A DNA stretch of 64,000 bases from positions 1,568,001 through 1,632,000 of the forward strand of contig OY759746.1 of the NCBI GenBank assembly GCA_963662795.1, read 5' to 3'. Below, one piece after another: positions 18,944 to 28,758 of this stretch; the stretch's first letter is position 1; each line of letters starts with the position of its first letter. The notes under the pieces were generated by a model that did not search any database, was not told the origin of the DNA, and saw only the letters and a list, made by a program, of their open reading frames with translations. The translations under genes were made by a program, and so were the position numbers. The DNA is from Spirochaetia bacterium (GTDB taxonomy: Bacteria; Spirochaetota; Spirochaetia; CADAEX01).

Positions 18944-20398
18944 ATGGATAAAACAGATAAAAAAGATAAAACAGTATTTGAAACATTTATTGGAATTGAA
19001 ATACATATTCAGCTTATTACTCAGACCAAGATATTCTGCGGCTGCAGAAACTCTTTCGGGGACCCTCCCAACACAAATGTATGCCCGGTCTGCATGGGTT
19101 ATCCCGGTGTTCTTCCTGTCTTAAACGAAGAGGCGGTCCGCAAATCATATCTCATGTGCCTTGCCCTAAACTGCACATTGAGCGAAAAAGCGGTCTTTGA
19201 CAGGAAAAACTATTTTTATCCGGACCTTCCCAAGAACTACCAGATATCGCAGTTTGAACATCCCTTCGGCATAAACGGATATGTTGAAACAGAACTGCCG
19301 GACGGGCAGGTCAAACGTATAAGAATTCACGAAGCTCACCTTGAAGAGGATGCGGGAAAGATGATTCATGAAGGGGCGGTATCGCTTTGCGATTTTAACA
19401 GGACGGGAACGCCGCTGCTCGAGATTGTAACTGAGCCTGATTTCAAGTCAGGGGAAGAGGTTGAGGCCTTCCTTCAGGATTTCAGGAGGATGATAAGATA
19501 TCTGGGCGTCTCTGACGGCAACATGGAAGAAGGCTCGATGAGATGCGATGCAAACATTTCAATCAACTATCCGGGAAAAGGGCTCGGCCAGAAGGTCGAG
19601 ATAAAAAACCTTAACTCTTCCCGCCATGTCAAGCTTGCCATTGGGCATGAAGAGATAAGACAGGCAAAGATGATCCGTTCGGGAGAGAGGATAATCCAGG
19701 AAACCCGGCTCTGGAATGAGGAGAAAAAAAGGACAGAAAGCATGAGGTCAAAGGAAGATGCCAACGACTACAGGTATTTTCCGGAACCTGACCTGCCTCC
19801 TTTTATCCCGTCACCCTCCTTTGTTGATGAAATAAGAGAAAATCTTGTTGAACTTCCACATTTGAGAAGGAAAAGATTTATTACTGAATATAATCTGCCG
19901 TCAGAAACTGCGGAATTTCTTACCGACGAAAAAGGGCGGGCGGATTTTTATGAAAGCGTATGCAGAAAAGGAACTGATCCGCAGACAGCCGCATCCTGGA
20001 TAAAAGGGGATGTCGCAAAAGTCCTTAACAGGGAGAAAATGGATATAACATCAAGCCCTCTTACAGCAGAGCGTCTTGTTTCGCTGCTTGAAATACTTGA
20101 TGAGGGGAAAATTAACGGACAGACAGCCAAGAAAGTACTTGATATGATAATCACTGAAAACAGGGACCCCGTTTCAATAATCAGGGAACACAGCCTCGAA
20201 CAGCTTGATGATTCTGATGAGCTTTCGTCCATAATTGACACTGTCCTTACGCAGAGCAGTGCGGCTCTGGAGCAGATAAAATCAGGCGACATGAAGCCGG
20301 TAGGGTTTCTGATCGGACAGGTGATGAAGCTTTCAGGCGGAAAGGCTGATCCCAAAAAGACAAAAGAAATGATAATGGGAAAAATATCAGCATTGTAA
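18944..20398 (+). CDS. gatB: Asp/Glu-tRNA amidotransferase subunit B
   Basis: IGIEIHIQL, RKNYFYPDLPKNYQISQ, HLEEDAGK, DYRYFPEPDL. Confidence 0.96.
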   Translation: MDKTDKKDKTVFETFIGIEIHIQLITQTKIFCGCRNSFGDPPNTNVCPVCMGYPGVLPVLNEEAVRKSYLMCLALNCTLSEKAVFDRKNYFYPDLPKNYQISQFEHPFGINGYVETELPDGQVKRIRIHEAHLEEDAGKMIHEGAVSLCDFNRTGTPLLEIVTEPDFKSGEEVEAFLQDFRRMIRYLGVSDGNMEEGSMRCDANISINYPGKGLGQKVEIKNLNSSRHVKLAIGHEEIRQAKMIRSGERIIQETRLWNEEKKRTESMRSKEDANDYRYFPEPDLPPFIPSPSFVDEIRENLVELPHLRRKRFITEYNLPSETAEFLTDEKGRADFYESVCRKGTDPQTAASWIKGDVAKVLNREKMDITSSPLTAERLVSLLEILDEGKINGQTAKKVLDMIITENRDPVSIIREHSLEQLDDSDELSSIIDTVLTQSSAALEQIKSGDMKPVGFLIGQVMKLSGGKADPKKTKEMIMGKISAL

Positions 20399-20500
20399 TT
20401 TAATCAATACCGGGAATACCATGCATGCACGGCATGCTGAAATATGCGGCATGAAAAAATAGTTTAAAAAAGATATACAGACTAAAACAGGACAGACAGA

Positions 20501-22279
20501 ATGAAAATAAAAAGAAACAGTACTTGCGGAAGCCTTGAAATAAAGGATACGGGTAAAGAAGTTATATTAAGCGGCTGGGTGGAAAACTACCGCGATCATG
20601 GCGGAATTATCTTTATAGATCTATATGACAGATGGGGAATGACCCAGGTTGTCTTTGATCCCGAGGTCTCCGGAAAAGATGCCCATGCGACGGCGGGGAT
20701 TCTTAGAAGCCAGTTTGTTGTATCAGTACGGGGAGAAGTGAGAAAACGCCCTGAAGGTTCTGAAAACACAAAACTCGCAACAGGTTATATCGAAGTTTAC
20801 GCTAAAGAGATCGAGGTATTGAACGAATCAAAAACACCCCCCTTTGATGTGTATCACGCATCAGCTGTTAACGAAGAATCGAGACTTAAATACAGGTATC
20901 TTGATCTTAAAAATACAAAGCTCCAGAAATCAATGATTTTCAGGAGCAGCCTTACAAACACAATAAGAAATTATTTTTATGAAAATGATTTCATAGATGT
21001 TGAAACACCGATTCTCACCAAATCCACTCCCGAAGGGGCGCGTGATTATCTTGTCCCCAGCCGTGTAAATCCGGGGAAATTCTTTGCGCTTCCCCAGAGT
21101 CCGCAGCTTTTCAAGCAGATGCTGATGACAGCGGGTTATGACAAATATATCCAGATCGCAAGGTGCTTCAGGGATGAGGACTTAAGGGCTGACAGGCAGC
21201 CCGAGTTTACCCAGGTTGACCTTGAGATGTCTTTTGTCGACAGGGAAGATGTAATAAAAACAGTGGAAGGGCTGTTTAAGGAAATTTACGCAAGGCATCT
21301 CGGCCGGCAGCTGCAGCTTCCGCTTGAGAGGATAACATACGACGAGGCTATGCTCAAATACGGGTGCGACGCGCCTGACCTCAGGTTCGGCCTTGAGATA
21401 ACTGAACTTTCCGATATTTTTGAGAAGACAGGGTTCGCAGTTTTTAAAGGGGCCCTGGCGCAAAAGGGAAAGATAAGGGGAATAAACCTTAAGGGCTTAA
21501 GCAGTCAGCTCACCAGAAAAGACCTCGATTATATGACCGAGTTTGTAAAACCCCTGCGCGGGAAAGGTGTTGCCTGGATAAGGATGAACGAGGACGGTCC
21601 CCAGTCCCCGATAATTAAATTCTTCACCGATGATGAGGCAAATGCGCTTTATAAAAGGATGAACGCAGAGACAGGCGATGTACTTATATTCCTTGCTGAC
21701 AGGGAAAAAATTGTCTGCAGCTGCCTTTCGGAACTCAGAAAATTTTTCGCGAAAAAATGCTCCCTTTACAGCGAAGGCGACATGAGTTTGATATGGGTTA
21801 TAGATTTCCCGATGTTCGGCCCCGGTGAAAAAGGGAAACCTGAAGTCCTCCATCACCCGTTTACGTCACCTAAACCTGAAGATATCTCCAGACTTGACAG
21901 CGATATTTATGCGGTAAAGACAAATGCCTATGACATAGTTTTAAACGGCCATGAGGTAGGGGGAGGAAGCATCAGGATGCACAGCTCGTCCCTTCAGAGA
22001 AAGATTCTTGAGATAATCGGCATAGGCAATGAGGATGCGGAGAGGCAGTTTGGCTACCTTCTCGAAGCCCTTGATTACGGAACGCCTCCCCACGGCGGGC
22101 TTGCGCTCGGCCTTGACAGGATGGTAATGCTTTTTCTCGGGCTTGATTCGATCAGGGATGTCATAGCTTTTCCCAAGACACAGAAGGCTACCTGTCTGCT
22201 CACAAACGCTCCTTCTTCTGTGGCTGATGAGCAGCTGAAAGAGCTTTCAATTGAAACAGTTCTGCCTGAGAATGAATAG
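20501..22279 (+). CDS. aspS: Aspartate-tRNA ligase (likely non-discriminating)
   Basis: TPEGARDY, LPQSPQLFKQ, FRDEDLRADRQPEFTQ, PPHGG; RDHGG (His) anticodon-domain variant. Confidence 0.95.
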   Translation: MKIKRNSTCGSLEIKDTGKEVILSGWVENYRDHGGIIFIDLYDRWGMTQVVFDPEVSGKDAHATAGILRSQFVVSVRGEVRKRPEGSENTKLATGYIEVYAKEIEVLNESKTPPFDVYHASAVNEESRLKYRYLDLKNTKLQKSMIFRSSLTNTIRNYFYENDFIDVETPILTKSTPEGARDYLVPSRVNPGKFFALPQSPQLFKQMLMTAGYDKYIQIARCFRDEDLRADRQPEFTQVDLEMSFVDREDVIKTVEGLFKEIYARHLGRQLQLPLERITYDEAMLKYGCDAPDLRFGLEITELSDIFEKTGFAVFKGALAQKGKIRGINLKGLSSQLTRKDLDYMTEFVKPLRGKGVAWIRMNEDGPQSPIIKFFTDDEANALYKRMNAETGDVLIFLADREKIVCSCLSELRKFFAKKCSLYSEGDMSLIWVIDFPMFGPGEKGKPEVLHHPFTSPKPEDISRLDSDIYAVKTNAYDIVLNGHEVGGGSIRMHSSSLQRKILEIIGIGNEDAERQFGYLLEALDYGTPPHGGLALGLDRMVMLFLGLDSIRDVIAFPKTQKATCLLTNAPSSVADEQLKELSIETVLPENE

Positions 22280-22383
22280 CCGGAACTGCGCAATCAACTG
22301 CCCCGGGCTGTCCAGGCAGCCGGGAGGCATAATCGGCTGATTTTTTATATTGAATATTCTGTTTTTGACAGTATATTAATAAT

Positions 22384-22845
22384 ATGAAATTAAAACTTGT
22401 TATATTATTATTTTTTCTGGCGCCTCTTCTTTTTTCCCAGGAGATGGGCGGGTGGAAAGTTGACTGCTGCGACGGGTACTTTTACGCGGTCTCGGATAAG
22501 CCAATGACCCAGGGATGGAGCCCGTTTTTAGAGTTCAATGTAAAAAACGGAGAGATAAGCAATCTCAGGTTTGACAAGATTAAAAAAGAAAAATTAGCCT
22601 CTGAAAATAATTTTTATAACTCTCTCATGAAGAAAAAATCCGGAACCAGCCCTGCTGAATATTCAAAAACAATACCCGCCATGTTTCTTCAAAAACATGA
22701 TGCGGATAAAATGGATGTTATTGCAGGGGCAACCCAGTCAACAGAGGAGTTTAAGGTTATGATGAAATACCTGCTGCAGAAAGGGAAGGAAGGGACACCG
22801 GGTAAATTCACCATTGACAGCAGCCTTCTTGAACAGAAAAAATAA
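22384..22845 (+). CDS. Exported FMN-binding domain protein
   Basis: Signal peptide; DVIAGATQST flavinylation-type motif. Confidence 0.75.
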   Translation: MKLKLVILLFFLAPLLFSQEMGGWKVDCCDGYFYAVSDKPMTQGWSPFLEFNVKNGEISNLRFDKIKKEKLASENNFYNSLMKKKSGTSPAEYSKTIPAMFLQKHDADKMDVIAGATQSTEEFKVMMKYLLQKGKEGTPGKFTIDSSLLEQKK

Positions 22846-22865
22846 GCCTGCAATATGAAAAATCT

Positions 22866-23546
22866 TTACCGGATAATCCTTCCGTCAAGAAGCTTTATCC
22901 GGTTCGGATACCTCTTTATCACCCGCTCATCATGTGTTGTTATTATTACTGAAGTATTACCGGATGATGCAAGAAAATCGATTGCTGATATGACAGCGTC
23001 AGCAGATTCTGAATCGAGATTGGCAGTTGGCTCATCTGCAAGTATCAATTCCGGGTTATGAACAACAGCTCTTGCAACCGAGACTCTTTGTCTCTCCCCC
23101 CCTGAAAGATTTGCAGGGTAGGATAAAAGTTTTTCTGAAAGTCCGAGCTTCCTGAGGATTTCCATAACAAGGCTTCTTCTTTTCTTAAATGAATAACCAT
23201 TTATAACAAGAGGAATTTCAACATTCTCAATCACCGTAAGTTCAGGGACAAGGGCATCATCCTGAAAAATAAAACCAATTTTTTCCCGTCTGAAAGCAGA
23301 TGCCTTTTTCCCGGTCAGATATGTAATGTCATCCCCTGCATACTCAATTCTCCCCCTGTCCGGGCTGTCCAGTTTTCCGAGAAGATTAAGCAATGTCGAT
23401 TTACCGGAGCCGCTCGGGCCGGTTATAACAGTTTTTTCACCTTTTCTGATATCAAGTGATATATCTGTCAGCGCTGCTGTAAACGTTTTTCCTGTTTTAT
23501 ATGTACGGGAGATATTATCAAGTGATAAGAGAAGAAGATTTCTCAT
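22866..23546 (-). CDS. ABC transporter ATP-binding protein (LolD/MacB-like)
   Basis: GPSGSGKST, LSGGERQRV, ILADEPTANLD. Confidence 0.93.
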   Translation of the reverse strand: MRNLLLLSLDNISRTYKTGKTFTAALTDISLDIRKGEKTVITGPSGSGKSTLLNLLGKLDSPDRGRIEYAGDDITYLTGKKASAFRREKIGFIFQDDALVPELTVIENVEIPLVINGYSFKKRRSLVMEILRKLGLSEKLLSYPANLSGGERQRVSVARAVVHNPELILADEPTANLDSESADAVISAIDFLASSGNTSVIITTHDERVIKRYPNRIKLLDGRIIR

Positions 23547-23547
23547 T

Positions 23548-24768
23548 TCATATATCCCTCATTCCTGTTGCAGGATTTCTTTTGACTGCAGTGTAAGCCG
23601 GCCAGAGTGATGAAACAAGTCCTGCCAAAAGTGCCAGTAATTGAGGAAGCATTGTCATTCCTAAAGTTAACCGGGGGAAAATAACAGAACTCATTGTGAA
23701 ATTAGGGTTGCTGGAAGTGTAGCGAGAAATATCAATTCCATATTCTGCCGTTATCAGAACCGAAACTATCCCGAGTATTGTTCCAAGGATTCCTGAAAAG
23801 AAACACATAAAAAAGGCTTCTCCGAAAACAGCGGCGGCAATCCCTGAAGGCTGGACTCCAACCGCTTTTAATACAGCAAAAGATCTGTACCTGTCCATAA
23901 CTGAAATAAGGAGGGTATTCGATATCCCGAAAGCAAGAATTCCAGTAACAAGCGCGATCATTATATACATTGAAAACCTGTTAAGATCCGAAAGCTGCTT
24001 TATCTCTGCTATTCTCTCTTCCCATGTTATAATTTTCTCGCTTGAGACTGTCCTGATTTTTTCCCTTATTTCATCAGCAAGCGGCTGAAGGTGAATCCCT
24101 CTTTTCAGAATTATCATGACCTCATACTGTACCTTACCGGTAAAATAGAATGAGGCATCTTCAATCCTGATAAAACTCATCTTTCTGTCCAGGCTGTCAA
24201 TTCCTGTTTTGAATATACCGCTTATTTCTGCAGTCCTTATACTGTCAGATGAGATGACGCTTATGATTTCGTTTATTCCTGAACCAAGTGATTCTGCTGC
24301 AGCCTCTCCGATCAGTATTTCCCCTTCATTATCAGGAGCTGAACCTGAAATAATGCTGTTTAAGACCCCTTTTAAATGTTTTTCATTATCAGTGTTTATT
24401 CCGGTCAGGATTGTGCCGGCATTTCTCATGCTTCCTGCTGAAATAGTTTCCGCCGCTGATATCCTTGATGAGACGCTCTCTATCCCGGTGTTTTTCTCTT
24501 TGGCGAAAGCTGATATTCTTTCCTCTAATTCGCGGCATCTCTCATGCGCGATAGATGGTGAATCTGATACTCCCTCAAATATTATATGCCCCGGTCTGAA
24601 AGCCAGTGTGTTTTCAATAATTGTATCATTTACTCCGTTCATTATTGAGCCCAGAAGAATAAGTACTGCTATTGCAAGTGTAATCCCTGTAAGTGTAATT
24701 GCAGTTTTTTTCCATCTTCTGATTGAGGATTTTAGTGCAAAAAACAGCCAGAATATAAGGGAACTCAT
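23548..24768 (-). CDS. ABC transporter permease (FtsX/LolE-like)
   Basis: N-terminal TM, large periplasmic domain, SVMDR..FAVLKAVG, C-terminal TMs, WPA. Confidence 0.88.
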   Translation of the reverse strand: MSSLIFWLFFALKSSIRRWKKTAITLTGITLAIAVLILLGSIMNGVNDTIIENTLAFRPGHIIFEGVSDSPSIAHERCRELEERISAFAKEKNTGIESVSSRISAAETISAGSMRNAGTILTGINTDNEKHLKGVLNSIISGSAPDNEGEILIGEAAAESLGSGINEIISVISSDSIRTAEISGIFKTGIDSLDRKMSFIRIEDASFYFTGKVQYEVMIILKRGIHLQPLADEIREKIRTVSSEKIITWEERIAEIKQLSDLNRFSMYIMIALVTGILAFGISNTLLISVMDRYRSFAVLKAVGVQPSGIAAAVFGEAFFMCFFSGILGTILGIVSVLITAEYGIDISRYTSSNPNFTMSSVIFPRLTLGMTMLPQLLALLAGLVSSLWPAYTAVKRNPATGMRDI

Positions 24769-25769
24769 CGGGAGAGGTTCCTGTCCGACATAATCTGTCT
24801 CCTTGCGGCAGCAGCTGCGAGAAGAAATTCCCTGCCTGCAAATTCCGGCGCGATTTGCTTAAAAAGCTGATGTGTTTTTCTGAAATATCTGAATGACTTT
24901 CTGATGCATTCACGTTTTGATTTTTTCAATTGTTTTGAGGTTTCCAGTGCTTGCCTGAATGTTATGGCATCAAGTTTTTCAAGATTATCGATCAGTAATT
25001 TTTCATCTTCAAATCCGGCGGCTGATGATGCAACAGCATTGTTTTTTTTATTATAAAGATCCTCGGCCGTATCCATTACATCATCAAGCAGCTGACAGGC
25101 TATTCCAAAGGAAGCCAGGGCGCTGCATTGAAGAGCAACCGCATGGTCAGACAGCCCTTCCCCTGCCTGGATGAGTTTTACCGGCGCCTCAAAAAGAACT
25201 CCGGTTTTTCTGTAAAGGATATTTTCTATTACATCCCCGGCATCCGTATCTGTCCACCTGACTCCTGTTTCCTCTTCGTGTTCCTCCACCCCGCTCGGCA
25301 TAATTACTGAAAGGGCGGCTTTTGATATTACACCCGCTTTGGCAGATGTAATTATGCCGCTGTTTATATTTTCAATGAGAATATGGGATATGATTTTTTC
25401 TGCGGCTATTATGTGCAGAACTGATTTGAATATCGTCCCACTGCCGGGAAGCGACAGCGGAATAACCTCCTTGTATTCGCTGTCAAAAATATTGTCACAG
25501 CCGGTGACAAGCGTTCTGAGGCAATGGTTAAGGACCGCATAGAATTCAAGCTCCTCATCGGTCAGACCAAGTGTTGCAGAGACAGCAATAAAAAGTGTTG
25601 AAAATATATTATCGGCTAATTTGATCTTATTATTCCCCCTGCCCGGAATAAAGACATTGTTATCAAATATCAGTGAAGTTATTTCATTAAATTTTTCTAT
25701 GCATCTTTTCTGGATTTCAAACGCGTTTTTCCATTTTTGATTGACCAGAATAAACTTTAAATAATCCAT
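24765..25769 (-). CDS. Class 1 isoprenoid synthase-fold protein
   Basis: Degenerate first Asp-rich motif CDNIFD, YRKTG, second motif QLLDDVMD..ED. Confidence 0.65.
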   Translation of the reverse strand: MDYLKFILVNQKWKNAFEIQKRCIEKFNEITSLIFDNNVFIPGRGNNKIKLADNIFSTLFIAVSATLGLTDEELEFYAVLNHCLRTLVTGCDNIFDSEYKEVIPLSLPGSGTIFKSVLHIIAAEKIISHILIENINSGIITSAKAGVISKAALSVIMPSGVEEHEEETGVRWTDTDAGDVIENILYRKTGVLFEAPVKLIQAGEGLSDHAVALQCSALASFGIACQLLDDVMDTAEDLYNKKNNAVASSAAGFEDEKLLIDNLEKLDAITFRQALETSKQLKKSKRECIRKSFRYFRKTHQLFKQIAPEFAGREFLLAAAAARRQIMSDRNLSR

Positions 25770-26446
25770 TACATCCCCGGTTTGAATGCTTCAGTAATTG
25801 TAATATATCCTGAAAACCTTCCGGTCTTCCTGATATTAATAAAGCCGGTCTCTTTGAGCAGTTTTCCTGTCAGCCCGTCGATGTTCTCCTTTATTTCCGG
25901 CTGCCTTAATAAAATCCACGCTCCATAGGAAAGGAGAATTCCCGCAGGATTATAGGGCTTATCCATATCCGCCAGTATCAGTTTCCCGCCCGGTTTCAGT
26001 GTTCTTAAGATTTCCTTAAAACACCTTTCCTTTAGATTCCTGTTAATATGGTGAAAAAAAAGAGATGTAACGGCTGCATCAAAAGTACAGTCTTCAAAGG
26101 GAATATCCTCTCCAAGTCCCTGTATGAATGAACATCTTCCGGGAATTGATCTTTTTCCTGCAGCTGTCTGAATCATGGGGAGAGACGCGTCAATACCTGT
26201 AATTATTATCCCTGGGTTATTCCCGGCTATAAGATTTGTGAGTGCCCCGGTACCGCATCCGATATCAATTACTCTTCCTTTCCGGGAAGCTTCAAACCCT
26301 GAGGCAATAAATCTGTTAAGCCGTCCCTCCTGCCCAAGTGTCACAAACGGCTGAACAGCATCATATATTTTTGCAGCTTTGATGAGGACTCTTCCCTCTG
26401 TCGGCAATGATAATTTTTTTTTACCATTATTCTGTTTCATATACAT
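25769..26446 (-). CDS. Class I SAM-dependent methyltransferase (UbiE-like)
   Basis: VIDIGCGTG, GIDAS, FDAAVTSLFFHH, LKPGG. Confidence 0.9.
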   Translation of the reverse strand: MYMKQNNGKKKLSLPTEGRVLIKAAKIYDAVQPFVTLGQEGRLNRFIASGFEASRKGRVIDIGCGTGALTNLIAGNNPGIIITGIDASLPMIQTAAGKRSIPGRCSFIQGLGEDIPFEDCTFDAAVTSLFFHHINRNLKERCFKEILRTLKPGGKLILADMDKPYNPAGILLSYGAWILLRQPEIKENIDGLTGKLLKETGFINIRKTGRFSGYITITEAFKPGM

Positions 26447-26554
26447 TCAAAGTATATATTAAAAAAATTATATGTAAAGGATAAATATCATAAGTGTTTC
26501 TATGGCATGAATAGAGTTGAAATCTAAATATAAAAGCAATATACTCAAAGCATA

Positions 26555-26959
26555 ATGGATACTAAAAAAGTCGACAGAATATTATCAGGAGATAAATTTG
26601 CCCTGGTTTCCGGCATAACGCTTATTTCCATAGGTGACGGGGAAGCAGTCGCATCTGTTAATGTTGAGGACAGACATTACAACGGAGTCGGGATTGTACA
26701 GGGCGGACTAATATTTACGCTTGCGGATTTTGCCTTTGCGGCCGCATCAAATTCGCGCGGCAGAATAGCAGTCGCGGTGAGGTGCGATATAAGCTACATA
26801 AAACCTGTTAAAGGCGGAACCCTGACTGCCAGCGCAAAAGAGGTCTCCTGCGGCAATAAAATATCAAACTACCGCGTCAAGATAAATGACAGGACAGGGG
26901 ACCTTGTCGCAGTTTTTAACGGCACAGCATACCGCAAGGATGACAATAACGGAAATTGA
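26555..26959 (+). CDS. PaaI-family hotdog-fold thioesterase
   Basis: NGVGIVQGGLIFTLADFAFAAASNS. Confidence 0.88.
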   Translation: MDTKKVDRILSGDKFALVSGITLISIGDGEAVASVNVEDRHYNGVGIVQGGLIFTLADFAFAAASNSRGRIAVAVRCDISYIKPVKGGTLTASAKEVSCGNKISNYRVKINDRTGDLVAVFNGTAYRKDDNNGN

Positions 26960-27026
26960 ACATATTTCCGCCGGTGTACGGAATGTGAAATATCATTTAT
27001 CCCGCAGACCGGCAGAAGAATATCTG

Positions 27027-27137
27027 CTAAGCCTTGACCCTGTCAATGAAGCTCTTTAGTGTAATATTTTCCGCTGTCAGCTGAAACAAAGATGATGAAT
27101 AAAAAAATATAAAAAACAGAATAATAAATTTTTTCAT
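27027..27137 (-). pseudogene. 36-aa signal-peptide-bearing fragment, probable truncated exported-protein gene
   Basis: GGAGG RBS then MKKFIILFFIFFYSSSLFQLTAENITLKSFIDRVKA*; manual translation. Confidence 0.45.
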
Positions 27138-27302
27138 TTGCAGCCTCCGTCTTAAGCATATAATATATATAGATTTTTATATATTAACAAATTAATTAAC
27201 TCCATTATAATAATTACTATAGATTATTTATCTGCCGGTTGTTAAATTAAATATGGCGTTCCGAATTTTATTCCGGATGACGTGATAAGTGAGGAAATGA
27301 GG

Positions 27303-28025
27303 ATGAAAAACAATTACGATAAACTGAATGCTGCCATGGTTATTTCAGCATCAATTATTATCTCATCCATGGTTCTCGGGGTCCTTTTTTATAAGGCAAG
27401 GGCTGAAAATCCCTCCCTGATAGTAAAAGGGCTTGCTGAGAGAGAGGTTAAGGCAGACCTCGCGCTTTGGGAGATTAATTTCTCGGCAGGGGGAGATGAC
27501 CCCGCAACGATACAGGGCAAGCTTGACCGCGACCGTGATGCGGTAGTCTCATTCATAAAAAAGCAGGGTTTTACAGAGGCGGAGATCATCCCTGGCCGTC
27601 TTTTAATGATTGACAAGCTGGCATACGGCTATTACCAGGAAGGGCAGAAGGGAGAAAGGTATCAGGTGCGGACTTCCGTAATACTGCGTTCTGAAAATGT
27701 TGATCTGATCGACAGGGTAAGCAGAATGACGGGCGACCTTGTGAAACTCGGGGTAGTTTTAAGCGAGAATTATTCCGGCCCTTCATTTTTATTTACAAGA
27801 CTCAATGAAATCAAGGGCGAGATGCTTGATGAGGCAGTTGTCAATGCAAGAAAAGCTGCCGATACTTTTGCCGCGAAAACCGGTTCTTCAATCAGGGGGA
27901 TAAAAAGCGCCAACCAGGGAATTTTTTCAATTCTTCCCCGTGACATGACAGCCGGCGCGATGGAAGAGCATCAGATCCATAAAACAGTCAGGGTAGTATC
28001 GACTATCGATTATTATATTAAATAA
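27303..28025 (+). CDS. SIMPL (DUF541) domain protein
   Basis: VKGLAEREVKADLALW, IKSANQGIFSI, VRVVSTIDY; start uncertain (27282/27297/27303). Confidence 0.85.
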   Translation: MKNNYDKLNAAMVISASIIISSMVLGVLFYKARAENPSLIVKGLAEREVKADLALWEINFSAGGDDPATIQGKLDRDRDAVVSFIKKQGFTEAEIIPGRLLMIDKLAYGYYQEGQKGERYQVRTSVILRSENVDLIDRVSRMTGDLVKLGVVLSENYSGPSFLFTRLNEIKGEMLDEAVVNARKAADTFAAKTGSSIRGIKSANQGIFSILPRDMTAGAMEEHQIHKTVRVVSTIDYYIK

Positions 28026-28184
28026 TAATTCAGAATAGTGTATTTATGCGGATAAGGGTGAAAATAACAATATTCATTGCGTTATATTATTAATCTTATG
28101 GCATTTTAAGAATTTCCTTGCAGTTTTTGAGTTTATCTCTGATAATTAAATGTATCAAAGCAATAAAATAAACAGGAGTACGAT

Positions 28185-28673
28185 ATGGATATGTATGAAT
28201 ATTCAATTCAGATGGAGAAAGATGCTGAAGCGTTATATCTGGACCTTGCAGATAAAAGCAAGGTAGGCGGAATAAAAAAGGTATTTAAAATGCTTGCTGA
28301 GGATGAAGCATGGCACCAGAAAACAATAAAAAGCCTTCAGAAAAAGGCTGATGTAGATTCCAAAAAGGGTTCTGCCAAAGAAATTGCTACTGTTTTTGAT
28401 GATATCAGACATAATTTCAGAAATATCAAGCTTGAAGATTCTGCAGTAAAGGATTATGAAAGGGCTCTTGAGATTGAGAAAAAAGGGATCGAGCACTACA
28501 AAAAACTGTTTGAGGAGACAAAAGATCCGAAAACCAAGGATTTATTCGACCTTCTGATGAAGCAGGAATCCTATCACCTTAAAACAGTTGATAATCTTCT
28601 GGATATGGTCAGAAAGCCTGAATGGTGGGTGGAAAATGCTGAATTTACTCCTAAAGGCGATGACTATTACTGA
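28185..28673 (+). CDS. Ferritin-like / rubrerythrin-family di-iron protein
   Basis: Two E..ExxH repeats (MEKDAEALY..EDEAWH; IEKKGIEHY..QESYH). Confidence 0.85.
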   Translation: MDMYEYSIQMEKDAEALYLDLADKSKVGGIKKVFKMLAEDEAWHQKTIKSLQKKADVDSKKGSAKEIATVFDDIRHNFRNIKLEDSAVKDYERALEIEKKGIEHYKKLFEETKDPKTKDLFDLLMKQESYHLKTVDNLLDMVRKPEWWVENAEFTPKGDDYY

Positions 28674-28758
28674 TAAGCTATTCAGTATTAATGTTATGCG
28701 CAATAGCGTGAGGCATTTTAATTTAACTTCATGCAGGCCTTTCTCCGGAAACATCTGC

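Noticed and set aside
26997-27029. Amber read-through (pyrrolysine) of the 36-aa remnant
   Set aside because: A TAA follows within about ten codons and no pyl genes are visible
28588-28758. Long N-terminal extensions from the ORF track (also 4474, 16221, 35416, 43760, 45527, 46776, 57504)
   Set aside because: They overlap upstream genes or lack an RBS; downstream starts fit family N-termini and SD sites better
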